From Octopus sinensis (taxonomy: Eukaryota), in contig NW_021836167.1 of assembly GCF_006345805.1 (NCBI RefSeq), forward strand, positions 1-64,000: DNA of 64,000 nucleotides, read 5' to 3'. Of this stretch, positions 1 through 12,457 are shown one piece after another (positions within the stretch are counted from its first letter, which is position 1; each line of letters begins with the position of its first letter). The position numbers were made by a program, and so were the translations under genes. Below the pieces are notes generated by a model, which saw only the letters and a program-made list of their open reading frames with translations, was not told the DNA's origin and searched no databases.

Positions 1-153
1 GTCAGACAATCAGCTTTGGACGAGGAAGCAATGTCAAGGCTCCAAAGAGCAAGTCCTCATTAACCAATACTTAAATAAAAATTATGGAAATGGTCTATAT
101 TCTGCTTGGATATTTGACTCAATTGATCATGAGTTTTTGTTTTACGTATTGAG

Positions 154-462
154 TTGATTTTAAATTCCTCATTGAATCGTCAACTTTGTAAAGAAAATAA
201 TCAAAAGGTGGACAGAAAACGTACATATCGATGTGAAAGAATTGGCAAAGTAAAGTTTTGCCGGGGGAATATTCCAAAGAGGATGGATCTCTTATACAGG
301 ATGCATAACTCAATGTTTTCCAAACTCCAAGAGCCCAATATGTTTACATACTTCACGAATCAATTCTTCTTTATTGACGACCATAAAATAGTTTCTTTCA
401 AAAGAGATGTGCTAGTCAAAATAATAACGTCTGTTAATAGATTCTTGAAAATGTTTGTTTAG
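154..462 (+). mobile_element. degraded hAT (Buster/Charlie-like) transposase fragment
   Basis: ORF segments FCRGNIPKR and MHNSMFSKLQ..KIVSFKR loosely match the WLSRGxVLxR and LNxxLQ..KIxSFK blocks; weak match. Confidence 0.3.
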
Positions 463-1021
463 AGATGAATCGCGAAAAATCAGTATCTAATGTGAAAATT
501 TTATCATGCTAGATATAATTAATGACTTATGTTTAAAAAAATTTTTTTCATTTTAATAGAAAACCAGGAACTCATGTTGCCAAACGTAATGTTCTAAATT
601 TTAGATAGAATTTAAACCGATTTTCATAAGCAGATTAAAAAATGCATCTTACCAATCAGATATCATAGATATATTAAAATATACTGCAGAATGCTTAGTC
701 TGTAGCAAACATACATTAAAATATTGCTCAAATTTTTCCCTAATAAAAAAATTTGAATTTAGAACAGATGAACGCGAATTCATATATCGAAACCTTACTG
801 TTACGCAGAAACAATTGATTCGTTTAAGAAAAAATATCTTTATTCTCATCATATAAGAAATAAAAAAAGCATTTCCGTGCATAATTATTATTTTGCATAT
901 TTAATAATAAAGCTGAAGAAAAAATATCTTTTATTAAAAAGAACTAATCAAAAAATACTCCTTAGGTTAGAAATTAATTGTGTTAGCTTATTTTCTATCG
1001 AATAATTATGAATGAGATGTA

Positions 1022-1205
1022 TTACTTCATTGGAGCACTTCGATCGTTTGTTGTTGCATGTGCCAATTTAGGTTTTCCTTTCTTGATTTGGCTCATAACG
1101 GCATCTTTTCCAGCGGGCTGAGTAGGAATGTCTGTCTTTGTCTTTGGCTCTTGTGTTTTTCTATTTTAATTTAATTAATTTGTGACAAAAGGTGACTAAC
1201 CCCAT
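1022..1205 (-). CDS. 47-aa single-WH2 micro-protein (actobindin/WIP/beta-thymosin-like)
   Basis: Exon 1205-1201 (ATGGG), 40-nt GT-AG intron 1200-1161, exon 1160-1022; gives MGKTQEPKTKTDIPTQPAGKDAVMSQIKKGKPKLAHATTNDRSAPMK*, matching the WH2 pattern xxLMxQIKxGxxLKxxxTNDRSAP. Confidence 0.7.
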
Positions 1206-1689
1206 GACTGTAGTTTGAACATTTAGCGTTAACTAGAATAATATATTGGGCGATTAATTAAATTCTTACGGAAATGTTAATCCTTCCGCAATATTCATGC
1301 AAGTTGATTAGTTTCGTTGTTTCGCAAAAAATAATTCGTATTTTTGCTCAAAAGATAGCAATTTATCATGTACAGCCAGTGTTAGACGGAAAAATCTAGT
1401 CATTTGTATGAGTTATACAGCTATTAACAACTTTTTTAGAATATTTTTTCTTTCACAACAGTTTTTTTATTAAAAACAAGTTGATTTAGTAAATATTTTA
1501 TATAAAGAGATGGCACTATTCATAAGCACGTCTACGTATTAAAGACAAAAAATAAGAGAGTGTTCACGAACACGTGTACGTATTGAAGTTCGAATGCAAA
1601 GAGTCGAAAAACAAAAAAATCCCAATATTATAAGTTTACAATTAAACAAAAAAATAAAAGATTGAAATCTATCCAATCCTATTTCCGTT

Positions 1690-1770
1690 GATCCCGATCC
1701 GAAGGAAACTGTTGATTTGGTTTAACTTTTTATTACAAAAAGTCTTATTTTGTTGGTTATGATGATCAAC
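1690..1770 (+). pseudogene. C-type lectin gene fragment
   Basis: ATTTTGTTGGTTATGATGATCAA is shared with exon 3 of the lectin at 4561-5082 (YFVGYDDQ), preceded by a 23-nt GT-AG intron-like stretch. Confidence 0.35.
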
Positions 1771-1789
1771 TGATGCAATTTTTTATTCC

Positions 1790-1960
1790 ATGTGCTGGAG
1801 TGTGTAGGAACTCATCTGTCAATAACAAACCTTGTGAAAAATGTCGTTAGATAATGGTCTCCTATGTAAACTTAACTGTGGAATTCTACAACGTGATTCA
1901 TTATCCCGTCAATTTTTTGTTATGGTCATAGGTCCTCTCAGTCGAATACTAATTTTCCTA
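1790..1960 (+). mobile_element. non-LTR RT fragment (R4/NeSL-like)
   Basis: LNCGILQRDSLSRQFFVMVIGPLSRIL resembles the RT motif GIFQGDSLSPLLF..PLS. Confidence 0.45.
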
Positions 1961-2299
1961 AATTTTGAATTAATTTAAGAATCACTTGTTTTTTGTGGAG
2001 AATCTTAAAATAAGTTCTCAAGAAGGAAATACCTCAACAAAAATTATGGATGTCATTGTCAATTACTTTTATTTCACTGGCTTTTAATTAATCCTTAAAA
2101 CAATTAATTTACCTTTGACTCTATTTTTATAAGCAAACGAATGGTCCTCCTGTTTCTGAAAGATTTAAATAAAAAAATTCAATTTTTGTCTATGGAGGTC
2201 GGGAATAAACAAAAATGGCATATTGCAATTATCGCAAAGTAGAGAACTACTGACAAACATGCTATTACTGTTAGAAAATTGAGAGAAGCGCACATGCAA

Positions 2300-3500
2300 T
2301 ATTTAAGTAAGAAAATTAGAAGTAAATTGCTTCACCCCCCTTTGTTTAAATTTCGATATCAAAATATCAAGTAAAGTGTTGGCAAAAGGGATTAACTCTC
2401 CATGATGTGAAACTCTATACTGTTTTCTACAAAATAGGAATCTATTCTTTGATGGACGTGAGTATCTATGTATCCATTGCAAAATTCCCAAAAAGTTGCA
2501 AGAGTATTATGAAGAGAATAAAACTGGATATAACATAGAACTCCAAGTATGAACTTCTGAAGAGAGATATCTAGGTTAACTTCTATTAAAGCATTGCGAA
2601 CATCCAGTTCCGATATGAATAGAATATCAACTTGTATTTCGAATTGTCGAATTCTACACGCATGAGCGCTACCGGCTACTTTCAGATTAATTTCAATTGA
2701 TTTGGCATCCAGGATTAACATTTGAACAGATGATCTTTGATAACGGGAATTCCTTCTTCAGCCTTGTTTAAGGCAATTACATTAGATGAGAGAAAAATAA
2801 CCAGAGCTACCATTAAGAATCCAAGTACATAGAGTTTTGATTAAAAGACATCTGACAGCCTTTATAGTTATCGGAAAAAGAAAGTTCGATTTCTAAGATC
2901 GAGAAATCAGATTGATAATTTTAAAACGAATAAGATACCGAGCTGATAAATATCTATTTTCATAAAATCTTACGGATTTTTTCAGTCCAATCAAATATTT
3001 TCAAATCTTCTCATGTTTCTTAGTATTTGAAAAAGCGAATCCCAGTTTTCATGTTGAAGTTAGAGAAAACTATAAATTCTTAATATTGTCAAGTAGTGAA
3101 TTCAATAGAGCAATTATGGAATTATAAAAAAAAGTATTACAAATCAGTTTTAATTAACAATGAGAAGAGATTGAGATCTAGAAAACTCCAAAAGATTTAA
3201 CTTTTACATCCACTAGAAAAAATTGAGAAAAAACCTTTACACTCAATTCTATACTAGTGTCTGAAAAGCACTGATGTGAATGTTGTAAAATGCAGGTGAC
3301 TAAAAAACAAAAATAACTTTCTACCAGCTAAAGGAATCTTTGTTCATTCTTGAGCTGTACTTACCACTCATCCATCTTACAGGGTTAGCATCTTCTGTGA
3401 TCATTCTTAAGTTCGACTCAATGACTTCATTTGGCAAGACTTCGTTGCTCAATTTGTAAAAAAGTCTTTTGGCATTCTTCTGGAGAGATCATTCCAAACT
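2300..3500 (-). mobile_element. heavily degraded non-LTR retrotransposon remnant
   Basis: QVDILFISELD resembles the APE motif DIxxxSE; NAKRLFYKL resembles a pre-RT block; many stops. Confidence 0.3.
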
Positions 3501-3509
3501 TATGTCCTA

Positions 3510-4340
3510 TGCGTATTTATTTTATTTATTCATTAAATCACCAAGACCACGCTAAAAACCGAACAAACGTCACGTGATCCCAATGCACTCAACCAGGGAC
3601 CTCATCTTCGCTCGGTGATCTTTCCACGAGCCCACACAAGATCGCACAGGGCAGCAGGCTGTTTTTGGCGGAGCATTCGCTGACGGGCCGAGGTTCAGCT
3701 TGATGAGGTCTTCCAGAGAAGCTGGACCGGGGCGTTGGCTATCATGCGACCAACGATCGGTTAATCTGAGGGCCCTTTGTTGGGCCTCCTCGATTCGCCT
3801 CCTGTTGGACCGCGTATACTCTCTGATGTACTAATAGCATTGTGGATTATTCCAATTCACTTGCAAGTAGGTCGTACTTATAGAGATTTTTCACCTCACA
3901 ATGATTCAAACCTTTATGGACTGTGATTCCAGTCTCTTGGCTGAAGACTAAGCTATGGATAATGGATTTGGACAGTCGTGAGTTCGATTCCGAAGGAGGC
4001 CAGTTTTCATCCTGGGGCCAATTCTCGTTATCGTTCCCCTGCCCGTGAGGTAACGAGTACTTCTGGCACGACACAGTTGGAAATGAGGATCTCTTACCTT
4101 CCGGTCTTAGCGTGGCGTTACGGGGTCCACCATGTCAGTTGGAAAATTCCAATCGGATATGGCAACGCTCAGGAGGCACTTAATGCCTACCGAAAAAGGA
4201 CTTCTAGCTCTCAGACCCTGGGACATCGTCGTCTCAGGCCGATCATGCGGGCAGGATCGAACCTTTCATTAGGATCTCCCTCGTTTGGATCGGCGATCAC
4301 GGGAATAACTATAATTAACTGGCTTTGCCCGTGTTTGGTC
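3510..4340 (-). mobile_element. I/Jockey-group non-LTR element, 3' part with (TAAA)n tail
   Basis: 3540-3830 is a close match to 57270-57530; both end in CGTGGTCTTGG..TAAATAAA; frame EAQQRALRL..DRWSHDS. Confidence 0.6.
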
Positions 4341-4560
4341 TTTAATAATAATAATAATTCCAGTCTCTTATTTATCAAATAGATATTTTTTGTAATGAAA
4401 TTTACCAGTTTGTTTATTTAGAAATATTTTAATCTTAAATAAATATTTTGCTTAATATTGCTTCATATCTAATTATAAAAAATAGTCAGCTGCTCATAAT
4501 AACAGATGTTTACTTAATATGTATATTAACTTATATTTCAAAAAGTAATTATACGAAACA

Positions 4561-5082
4561 ATGCTATTATACTTGACTGTTATATTAAATCTTAATCAAA
4601 TTCTGTCTGTTACTTGGAAAGGTATTCCATTTTGTTAAACCTTAAGGAGATTGCAATAAAGACATCCAGAAGTGTTTTAAGATATACAACGTCTATAGAT
4701 TTCAACGTTCTGGAAAATATTTATGCCAAATATATGGAGGAGACTTAGCAACATTTAAATCGGACAAAGAATTGGAATATATAAATGGTGCCATATAAAA
4801 AACTAACTATTAAAGTACTGATCAAACAATACAGCAAAGATTATTTTGTTGGTTATGATGATCAAGTCACAGAAGGCAAGTTCAAAGACACAGAAGGAAA
4901 TTTGGCTGTATAGTAGATTAATTGATTTTATTAAACATTTATAGTCGGAAATAAAGTGGGGAGCTGACCAACCAGATAACAAATATAACGAAGATTGTGC
5001 TGCCATAAATTCAGATGGGAAGATGTATGATATTTCATGCCTACGTAAAACCGGATTCATCTGCCAATATCCTTACACTTAA
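4561..5082 (+). CDS. secreted single-domain C-type lectin, 143 aa
   Basis: Introns 4622-4646 (25 nt), 4788-4815 (28) and 4908-4944 (37) restore one frame: signal peptide, LCQIYGGDLA, YFVG, KWGADQPDN..EDCA, MYDISC, FICQ. Confidence 0.9.
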
Positions 5083-5199
5083 CAATCCTAAACATTTAAT
5101 TTAAAACAAACAATATTATTTCGAAACGGTGTGGATCTAATGTTCAAAACAATACGAAAAATTATTACTTTATACTCAGTAACGTAGCAGCGTACCTGA

Positions 5200-5480
5200 A
5201 AGTCTTCAAACCTTTAATGTGAGAGGGACGCCAAAAAAATAAAAGACCGCGCGTCATGTGGTTCATCATTTTTGTTCGCATCAGATAAAATCTTAAATTG
5301 TATTCAAAAAGAACCATTTGTCGACATCCATCCAGATGACCTCCCTCTGGGCAGCACTTCCTCCAAGTTCGGGTACTTTCCCGCGAGCGGCTCATCTTCT
5401 CCGGAGATGTTGAGGAAAATCCTAAACCTAAAAAGAAGCTCAATATATTGAGCCTGAATATCAACTTCAAGTTGAATATT
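5200..5480 (-). mobile_element. pogo/Tigger HTH fragment
   Basis: GKYPNLEEVL resembles the CENP-B-type HTH motif GKYPxLExAL; disrupted. Confidence 0.3.
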
Positions 5481-5589
5481 TACTGAAAAATCAAAAAGAA
5501 TCCCTTGCACTTTATTTTGTTTTAATATTTGATAAATACTGAAGTTGAGTTCATGTTAATAAATCTTGTGGGTGACCAGACTATGAAAA

Positions 5590-6160
5590 AAATTCCCCCC
5601 GGACCGAAGCAAGCCTGTGCATACTGCAATACCGAAACTTGTTTTTAAATAAGGGAGAGAATAAATGCAGTCACTGTAACTCATATAAAAAGACTGTTGA
5701 TACGTTACTACTAGGTGTGGCCAAATGCTTAACAGCTCCTTCCTCAGACGCCAATAAAGAAGTTGTCAAATGTCTGTATTTGCATCTACGCCTGCAATAT
5801 TGAATGAAAGACTCAAAAAATTAAAAACCCAATCAATCTAATTTGTTATCATTATCAAATTTGTAGAAATCCTAGTCGACACGGACGTTCCCGCAAATAC
5901 TGTTATCTAGAATAACAAAACTGAAATTTTTGTTCGCGCAAGTTCGAGTAAAACAATTAATTTTATTGAGATGGGGCTCATTTCAAAAAATTGTCTCAAG
6001 CAGGTCGAAGTAGAAGAATTCTGCAAATATAGCTTGACGGCAAATGAACTGGAGGCAATCCACTGAATGAAAGAAAAAATCATCCTTGCTGTTATGATCG
6101 GGGATGGAATTGAGCCTAAAAAGAAAAGTTTGATTAACAAAATACATCAAGTAACTAACT
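5590..6160 (+). mobile_element. possible LTR-retrotransposon gag/protease remnant
   Basis: EILVDTDVPANTVI resembles the aspartic protease motif LVDTG; broken by stops. Confidence 0.25.
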
Positions 6161-6254
6161 AAATTTGATATTTGGTTATTAAATAAGTTATAAAAAACAA
6201 TCAAATAACAAAACGCATAAAAGTTGCATTTTTATTATTATTTTGTATTAAAAA

Positions 6255-6641
6255 TTATTCAAGTCTAAAACCAGGATCTTGATGAAAGCCCGTTTTTTGT
6301 ATAAATGATCTTTGGTTGGAACAATTCAAACAAATAGTAATCAAGGATCGTCCTTGAAGAAAAAAAGTTGCTGATTTACCCGGAGCGAGGATAATATTAC
6401 AATATTTACAAATTGAGCGTTTGATAGATCTATCACTACAATATATTTTTATCAAATACTACAGTCTCTGAACTGTCTTTCGACCAATTCGTTTCATGGT
6501 AGAGATATTCATTCTGGTTAAAATAGAAGGACAAGAATCAGAATGAATCATTATATTTGACAGCTATTTATGATTATAAAAATAATTTCATTTCACCTGA
6601 TAGAGGTAATTCATACGTTCTTGGCCATGTTTATTACTCAT
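6255..6641 (-). CDS. RPP21: RNase P subunit Rpr2/RPP21, 108 aa
   Basis: Introns 6596-6564 (33 nt) and 6462-6436 (27) give RMNYLYQ, KRIGRKTVQRLDRSIKRSICKYC..LAPG..CLNC (zinc ribbon). Confidence 0.9.
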
Positions 6642-6721
6642 AACAAGAAAATATTCTCATCACTCCATATTTATATCACATTTAAATATATTTTATAAAT
6701 TAAAAAAGGATAAAATAAATA

Positions 6722-7542
6722 TCAATTTATACTTTTCTGAAAATTATCAACTATCTTATGAAAAACATCCATTTCATCAAATTGAAAACACAGAGCAGAT
6801 ATAAAATGAAGGGCACTAGAAATCCATCCACAATAAAATCCATAATCGTATTTGAATTCTCCATGATGTATATTTGATGACAAATTTTTTTGATGTTCGA
6901 TCATATAAGTTACCAGAGACATTGTTATAAACATCGATATACCTAAAATGATCATAAAATAAAAAACCTGAAACTATAAATCCTTCTGCTGCCGAGTGAT
7001 AATAATATAATTTTTTACTTAGGAATTTGTGAAAAATTCCGATTGTAGATAAGAATATGCTAAAAATATTCATTGTTAGTCCAAAAATCGCTAAACAGCT
7101 TGTAACAGATTGAAATCCTATTTTGACATAAAGTTATACATACTTGATATAGACTCGCATCCTGTTAATGATATCGCAGTAATATTAGCAAAACATGGAT
7201 TAATAAGAGATATATTCATAGTTCCAGAACTGAAAACAGTTTTCCATAATAGTAAACAGTGAAATATTGTACTCAAAATTCCAGAAAAAGTTCCAAATAA
7301 TCTTATTTTTCTAAAAATTGGAGTATTTAGGTCGTCTCTTTTGATTCCCGGGGCGACAAATGTAGAATTGATACATAGTTCACTTAATTGGCGAGGATAA
7401 TTATTTACTTTCAAATTATCAAAATCTAAATTGTCCAAAACTAGTAAAATTATTAATATTTATCACAAGTTATCAATGCATCGTTTCTGTCTTTTACATT
7501 TGTTTCAAAAATCTCTGGCAATTTTCGAATATTTTTTGTCAT
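6722..7542 (-). CDS. multi-pass membrane protein, claudin/PMP22-like, 247 aa
   Basis: Introns 7466-7441, 7143-7118 and 6967-6943 (26, 26, 25 nt) join three ORF-track pieces in frame; four hydrophobic segments; YDYGFYCGW before the last helix resembles the claudin YGxxFYxGW motif; family call tentative. Confidence 0.65.
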
Positions 7543-8059
7543 TTAAGACGATTTTATTTTAATAATCATTAATATATAATTGGAATTGTTCGATTATTCA
7601 ATAATCCCTCGAGTGTCAACGTTTGGTATTGATTCTTAGTGATAGTTATAATTGTTTATGTATTTTTTGATTTAATCAATATGTTAATACTTTTTGAAAA
7701 CATAAAGAATTTGAAAAAATGTAGCTAAAAATCATTTAATCAATTCACTTTAGGTAACTATTTTTTACTACACGTAAATTATTGATTTTCATATCATTAA
7801 CTTTTGTTTAATATAATAAATTCAATTTGACTTCTGTGTAATTTAGAAAAAACGAATGCACCGCACTATTTCAGTATATTTTACAACAAAAAACTAAGAA
7901 GCCTTTTCTTGTCAAACTCTAGAGGATTTTTTTGTCATTTTAAAAAGAAATGATTATTGGAAAGTTGATAAATGATTTTATATGTTATCACTATTTAATT
8001 AAAAAGTACCTAATAGGTGTTAATATCATTATTATTTTCACTATCATAGGAACATAATT

Positions 8060-9400
8060 TAAAGAAAAATTAATTAAGCTCCCACATATGCCACACATGA
8101 AATTGCTGCCTTGATCATATTTTTCCAAGATGCACGGTTCCATGCTATACTCATGAGAGTATTAAAGTCGTCTCTGATTTTTAGCTGTCTTTTAATGTGG
8201 TGAAGGTCTCTCGGGATAACAATAGGTAGAGTTGTCCGTGAACCTCCTCGGAACTTTGATTTGTCATTTTTGTATTATAATTTCATTGCTTAACTGACAT
8301 AAGAAGTTGTGTCGAGTTTTAGTATGTGCCGAATAGGCGCCAACGAGTTTCGGTAATGTGATGGGTCTACTGTTTCAGATATATAATATAGAGTAAAGTT
8401 CTTGTTTTTCTTCGGTCAGTTGATGCCGATAAGAAGTATTACCTGTCTTCTGTAAAACGCATCGAGAAATTTTAGTTCAAACTTCCAACCTTGCGGTTTC
8501 GTAGCCACGTCGTCCACAGATCGTTAAGTGCAACAGTCGACAGCATTTTTTTCCTCATAATGTCTTCGCTATCTCCTACGAATGTTTCAACTTTTTTTGA
8601 GTTTTATCATTTTTCGCCTGTTCTGTTTGCCTTCCGGTTGATTGTTACATACTCAGTTTTTTGATGTTCATTTTCAAGAACCATTTTTTCAGTGCTTGGG
8701 AAACAATGTTTAGCGATTCTTGGAGTTTCGACAAAAAGTCTACACCGTCGGCATAAATCACTTCAGTGTTGCTTCGAGCTAGACAATGAATAGTACAAGC
8801 GATATCGAATGACTTTGGGGCGTTACAATATTTGTTTTAAAATATTTGGATTCTACGGGCCCGGTCTTTACTGTTAACTATAGATGTCTATAAGCAGTGC
8901 TCGAACAATTCTAATCGAGTCATCGTCAAAAATATTTCTGAGGACTTTTATTTGCTTGTCTCTGCGAAACGTATCAAATGCTCTTCCCATATCAATACCT
9001 AATATTGTGGTTGCCATTTCAAATTTTTGACATATGCCATAAATCCATATATGCCCCCATTTTACATCTGCAGTTGATCTTCCAGGCCTAATTTCACTTT
9101 GGCTAGCCGACAGATAGTCATTGACAGGGTCTTTAATGCGTTACAGTGTTACGAGTGAAAAGATATTCCTTGTGTTCAGGAGTATGATCGGGCAAATGTT
9201 GTTAAATGGATTTTGCAGCTTGTTGAGTTTTTGAAGAGGAATCTTCCCAATAGATAACATAGTATTAGCATGGAAAATCTTTTTCATGAGATTTGTAAAT
9301 TATAGTTGAGATTTCTTAAGTACAATATCAACTCACCTTTGTTGTTGTCTGGACCCGCCGCACGGTTGTTTTTTAGTTTTTTATAGCCTTCAAAACTTCA
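8060..9400 (-). mobile_element. degraded RTE-like non-LTR RT region
   Basis: GIDMGRAFDT, KWFLKMNIKKTE, GDSEDIMRKK; same family as 43740-44555. Confidence 0.65.
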
Positions 9401-9429
9401 TTCCTTCCTTTAATGAAAATATTTGCAAT

Positions 9430-10012
9430 TCCATTCAGCGTGAAAATTAAGGATGCGCCTGCAAAGTTTCAACTAGAACTCATTAATTTACAACATGATA
9501 TAGAACTGGCGGCATTATTCGAAAATGCGTCCATTATTAATTTTTACGAATTAATTCCTCAAGACAAATTCAAAATATAACACACAATGCATATATTATA
9601 TCAATGTTTGGATCTACATATTTATGCGAATAAATATTTAGTAAAATGATTTGAATAAAAAATAAATATCGCAACAAACTCACGGATAATCACTCGAGTC
9701 AGCTTTTACAAACTTCTTCGACTTTACTTATTCCGGATTTCAAAAACTTAATAAACAAATAATACTTTCTTTTTAGCTCAACGCCTTTTGTAGATTTTTT
9801 AACTTTTATTTCTTTATAAAGGAAATGGAAATTAAAAAAAGAAAAAAAGAGTCCAAAAAACTCATTACGCATCAGCAGTGGCTGCACTTCGGATTGCAAG
9901 CGAGTTACCGGCTTGGAAAATATAAAAATATATAAAATATTTTTTGTGCGGCCCGCGAAGCTAATCTTAATTATCGATTTGGCCCTTGAGCTGAAAAGGT
10001 TGAGAACCCCTG
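9430..10012 (+). mobile_element. hAT Buster/Charlie 3' end
   Basis: FQLELINLQ, SMFGSTYLCE, KNKYRNKLT; terminal GGTTGAGAACCCCTG followed by flank GTTTAGAT with central TA. Confidence 0.75.
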
Positions 10013-10691
10013 GTTTAGATAACGTTCTTCACTTTCATCAAGAGAATCGATTTTGTCATTGAATTGGTTTTTCAAGTGGCTGTCAATTGCATTGACCATT
10101 TCGATTAAGTTTCGAATTGTTTTCCCAATTAGATTTGTTTTCTGTTGTCGACGATTCAGTAGCCTAATGGCCATCTTTCAGGTCTGTGAACAATCCTTCG
10201 GGTTCAATTTCTGATATTTGAGAGTTTAATGAAGTTTTCACGTATTTAAAATTTTCCTTCTTAATTGTTCTGGATATTTCCCTACATTCTCTTGAGTTTT
10301 TCTTTTACTTCCTGGTCATTTGTTTTTTCGATTTTCAGTTTGATGGCCTTTTTTTGCAACATCGGCAATATTTAGATTCAACAGGTTTGAGTGGCTTTTG
10401 CAGACAGTTGTTCCAATAGATCCTTTCGCATCCTTGTGAATAAGTTATTTCAATATATCTCCGCTTTCGTTTGGGTCTTTCTCCGTCTCTTTTACTGGTC
10501 GATTTTGGATCAATTTCTTTTTGGTATTTTATTAATTACACAAAAATTTTATACTTCTTATGTCTGGAAAAATCGATCTCCTGGGAGTTTTAAAAACACT
10601 CTGAATGATAAAATTGTAAAATAAACAAATCATTTATTAAAATTTAGAATTGTAATTAATATTAATTTTGTTATGTATTAAGTCCTGGTCA

Positions 10692-11664
10692 TTATTTATT
10701 GGTGTTACATTTGCAGAATTTACCCTGATCAACTTGGCGAACTTTACAAACAAATGGCTTTGTTATCTTGGAATTATCAGTAACTGCAAGATGTTCCCAT
10801 TTTCCACATAAATTCATATAAATACATTGTCCCTTAATTTTATCGGACATGTCACGATTTGACCAATGTTGGAATGCCTATATAATTATTTTTTAAAGAC
10901 TTGATTTTGAGGAGGTTGTTTTATCCAGATTTCGGTTTGGTATTGGTCCACAAAATTTTCTATCGTTTTGTGTAATTAATAAAATACCAAAAAGAAATTG
11001 ATTTTCGTCACTGTCGCTCGGTTCTACTAAAGTTCCATTTATTTTTGAGCAAATGGTTTCTGCTGCAGTGCATAGTACTTTTGATTTGTGATAAAGATAG
11101 CAGTAGCCTCCATGGCAAGACACATTTGTGACTAAATATAGAGCAGATATATCGGGCTAATAACCTCCAGAATTGCATAAAAAATATCTATTATCTGTGC
11201 AGCAAGTTGTTTGCCATTTCCCGCATTCGTCAATTTCTATACATTTTTGACATTTTCCGGACATTATTGGTTCGTGATTCCCCCAATTTGCATATTTCTG
11301 GTATTGTATAATTTAAAATATTAGTAACTAAAGCTGAATTATAATGATGTCTGAATTTTTCATCACGAATAGTTTGTGCAATCCAAAAATTCCCCCCTAG
11401 TGTTTTAGAAACGTCTAGAAGTTATAGTAATCAAAAAACTAAGTATAAATTGGTTTTGTTTTGGAGAATATGAGTCCATTAACTGTAGATCAAATGCTTC
11501 GCAAAGATTAAGAGCTGCTTGGTAGTTTAGTTTATTTCCAGTGTACAAGAAATAATAATTAAAAAGGTATGACTTCATAAAATATCCAGAACCTTTTAAT
11601 TATATTAAATAGTTTATAGACTTAAAGAAATCCATGATGCCAACAAGTAAAGAATAGAATTCAT
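10692..11664 (-). CDS. secreted protein with two C-type lectin-like domains, 267 aa
   Basis: Six introns (29, 25, 31, 33, 28, 23 nt) give one frame: signal peptide, ALNLCE, NFWIA, NWGNHEP, KCIEI..GKWQTTCC, CYLY..AETICSKINGTLV, EIWI, QCIYM..GKWE, FVCK. Confidence 0.85.
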
Positions 11665-11912
11665 TTGTTTAAGTTTGACTATAAAGCTTAATCGAATATA
11701 AAAATAAATATGGTCACATATTTTTAACAAGTGTAATTAAAAACTTTGAAAAATAAACAGTTGGTTCATGATAGTCAAAAAAACACTTCAGAATTAATTA
11801 AATCGTTACATAAATACTCTCAAAGTGAAATCACGTTCTCATACAGTAAAGAATTTATTAATTGAGTTTTTTAATAATTATTATGTTAAAAATGAATCAC
11901 ATTTTTCATCAT

Positions 11913-12400
11913 TAGGGCAACCGCAAATATGACTTAAAAAATTCAAATATGACCGACAAAGTATGATTTATATAGCCACAAAAATATATGCCCGTGAATA
12001 TGATCTGATAACTTTTTATTTTTATGTATTAATACAGTTTTAAGTGTTCGTTTATATGGCACTCAAATTTATTATAATATAACGAGAAATAATATGTAAT
12101 GTTATCATTTTTTAGTTTCTATCCTTCTCCAGCATTTTCTAAAGCATAAAAAACTTCATTCAATCGAAATAGTTATAGCTGGACATTTCCATAACATTGA
12201 ACAAATTTCTGGAAAACAATTAGCAATCGTTGCACCATGGATTTCTTTTAATCGATTTTTAAAATTTGGGTTTGATCAACATTCAAAAATATTTTCAAAT
12301 TTAAAATAAGATTTTTGATCCGTTTAACATTTACAAGATATTTATCATATATACTAATTTGCGACAATGTGTTTCCGATGGAACATAATGATTATGAAAA
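11913..12400 (-). mobile_element. degraded relative of the hAT family at 38078
   Basis: TAGGGCAA terminus at 11913; AATATGAC subterminal repeats; C-terminal WKCPAITISIE*SF matches CQPSSSSIERCF. Confidence 0.45.
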
Positions 12401-12457
12401 ATTTTATAAAGAGGGATATTCACATCCGTCATCATCAAAACTAATTTAAAACAAAAA

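Noticed and set aside
575-860. 84-codon open frame after a possible 19-nt intron
   Set aside because: No recognisable motif; the upstream splice creates a stop; frames of this length are expected by chance a few times in 64 kb
10013-10500. Possible gag zinc-knuckle remnant on the minus strand (CRCCKKGHQ)
   Set aside because: Single imperfect motif among many stops
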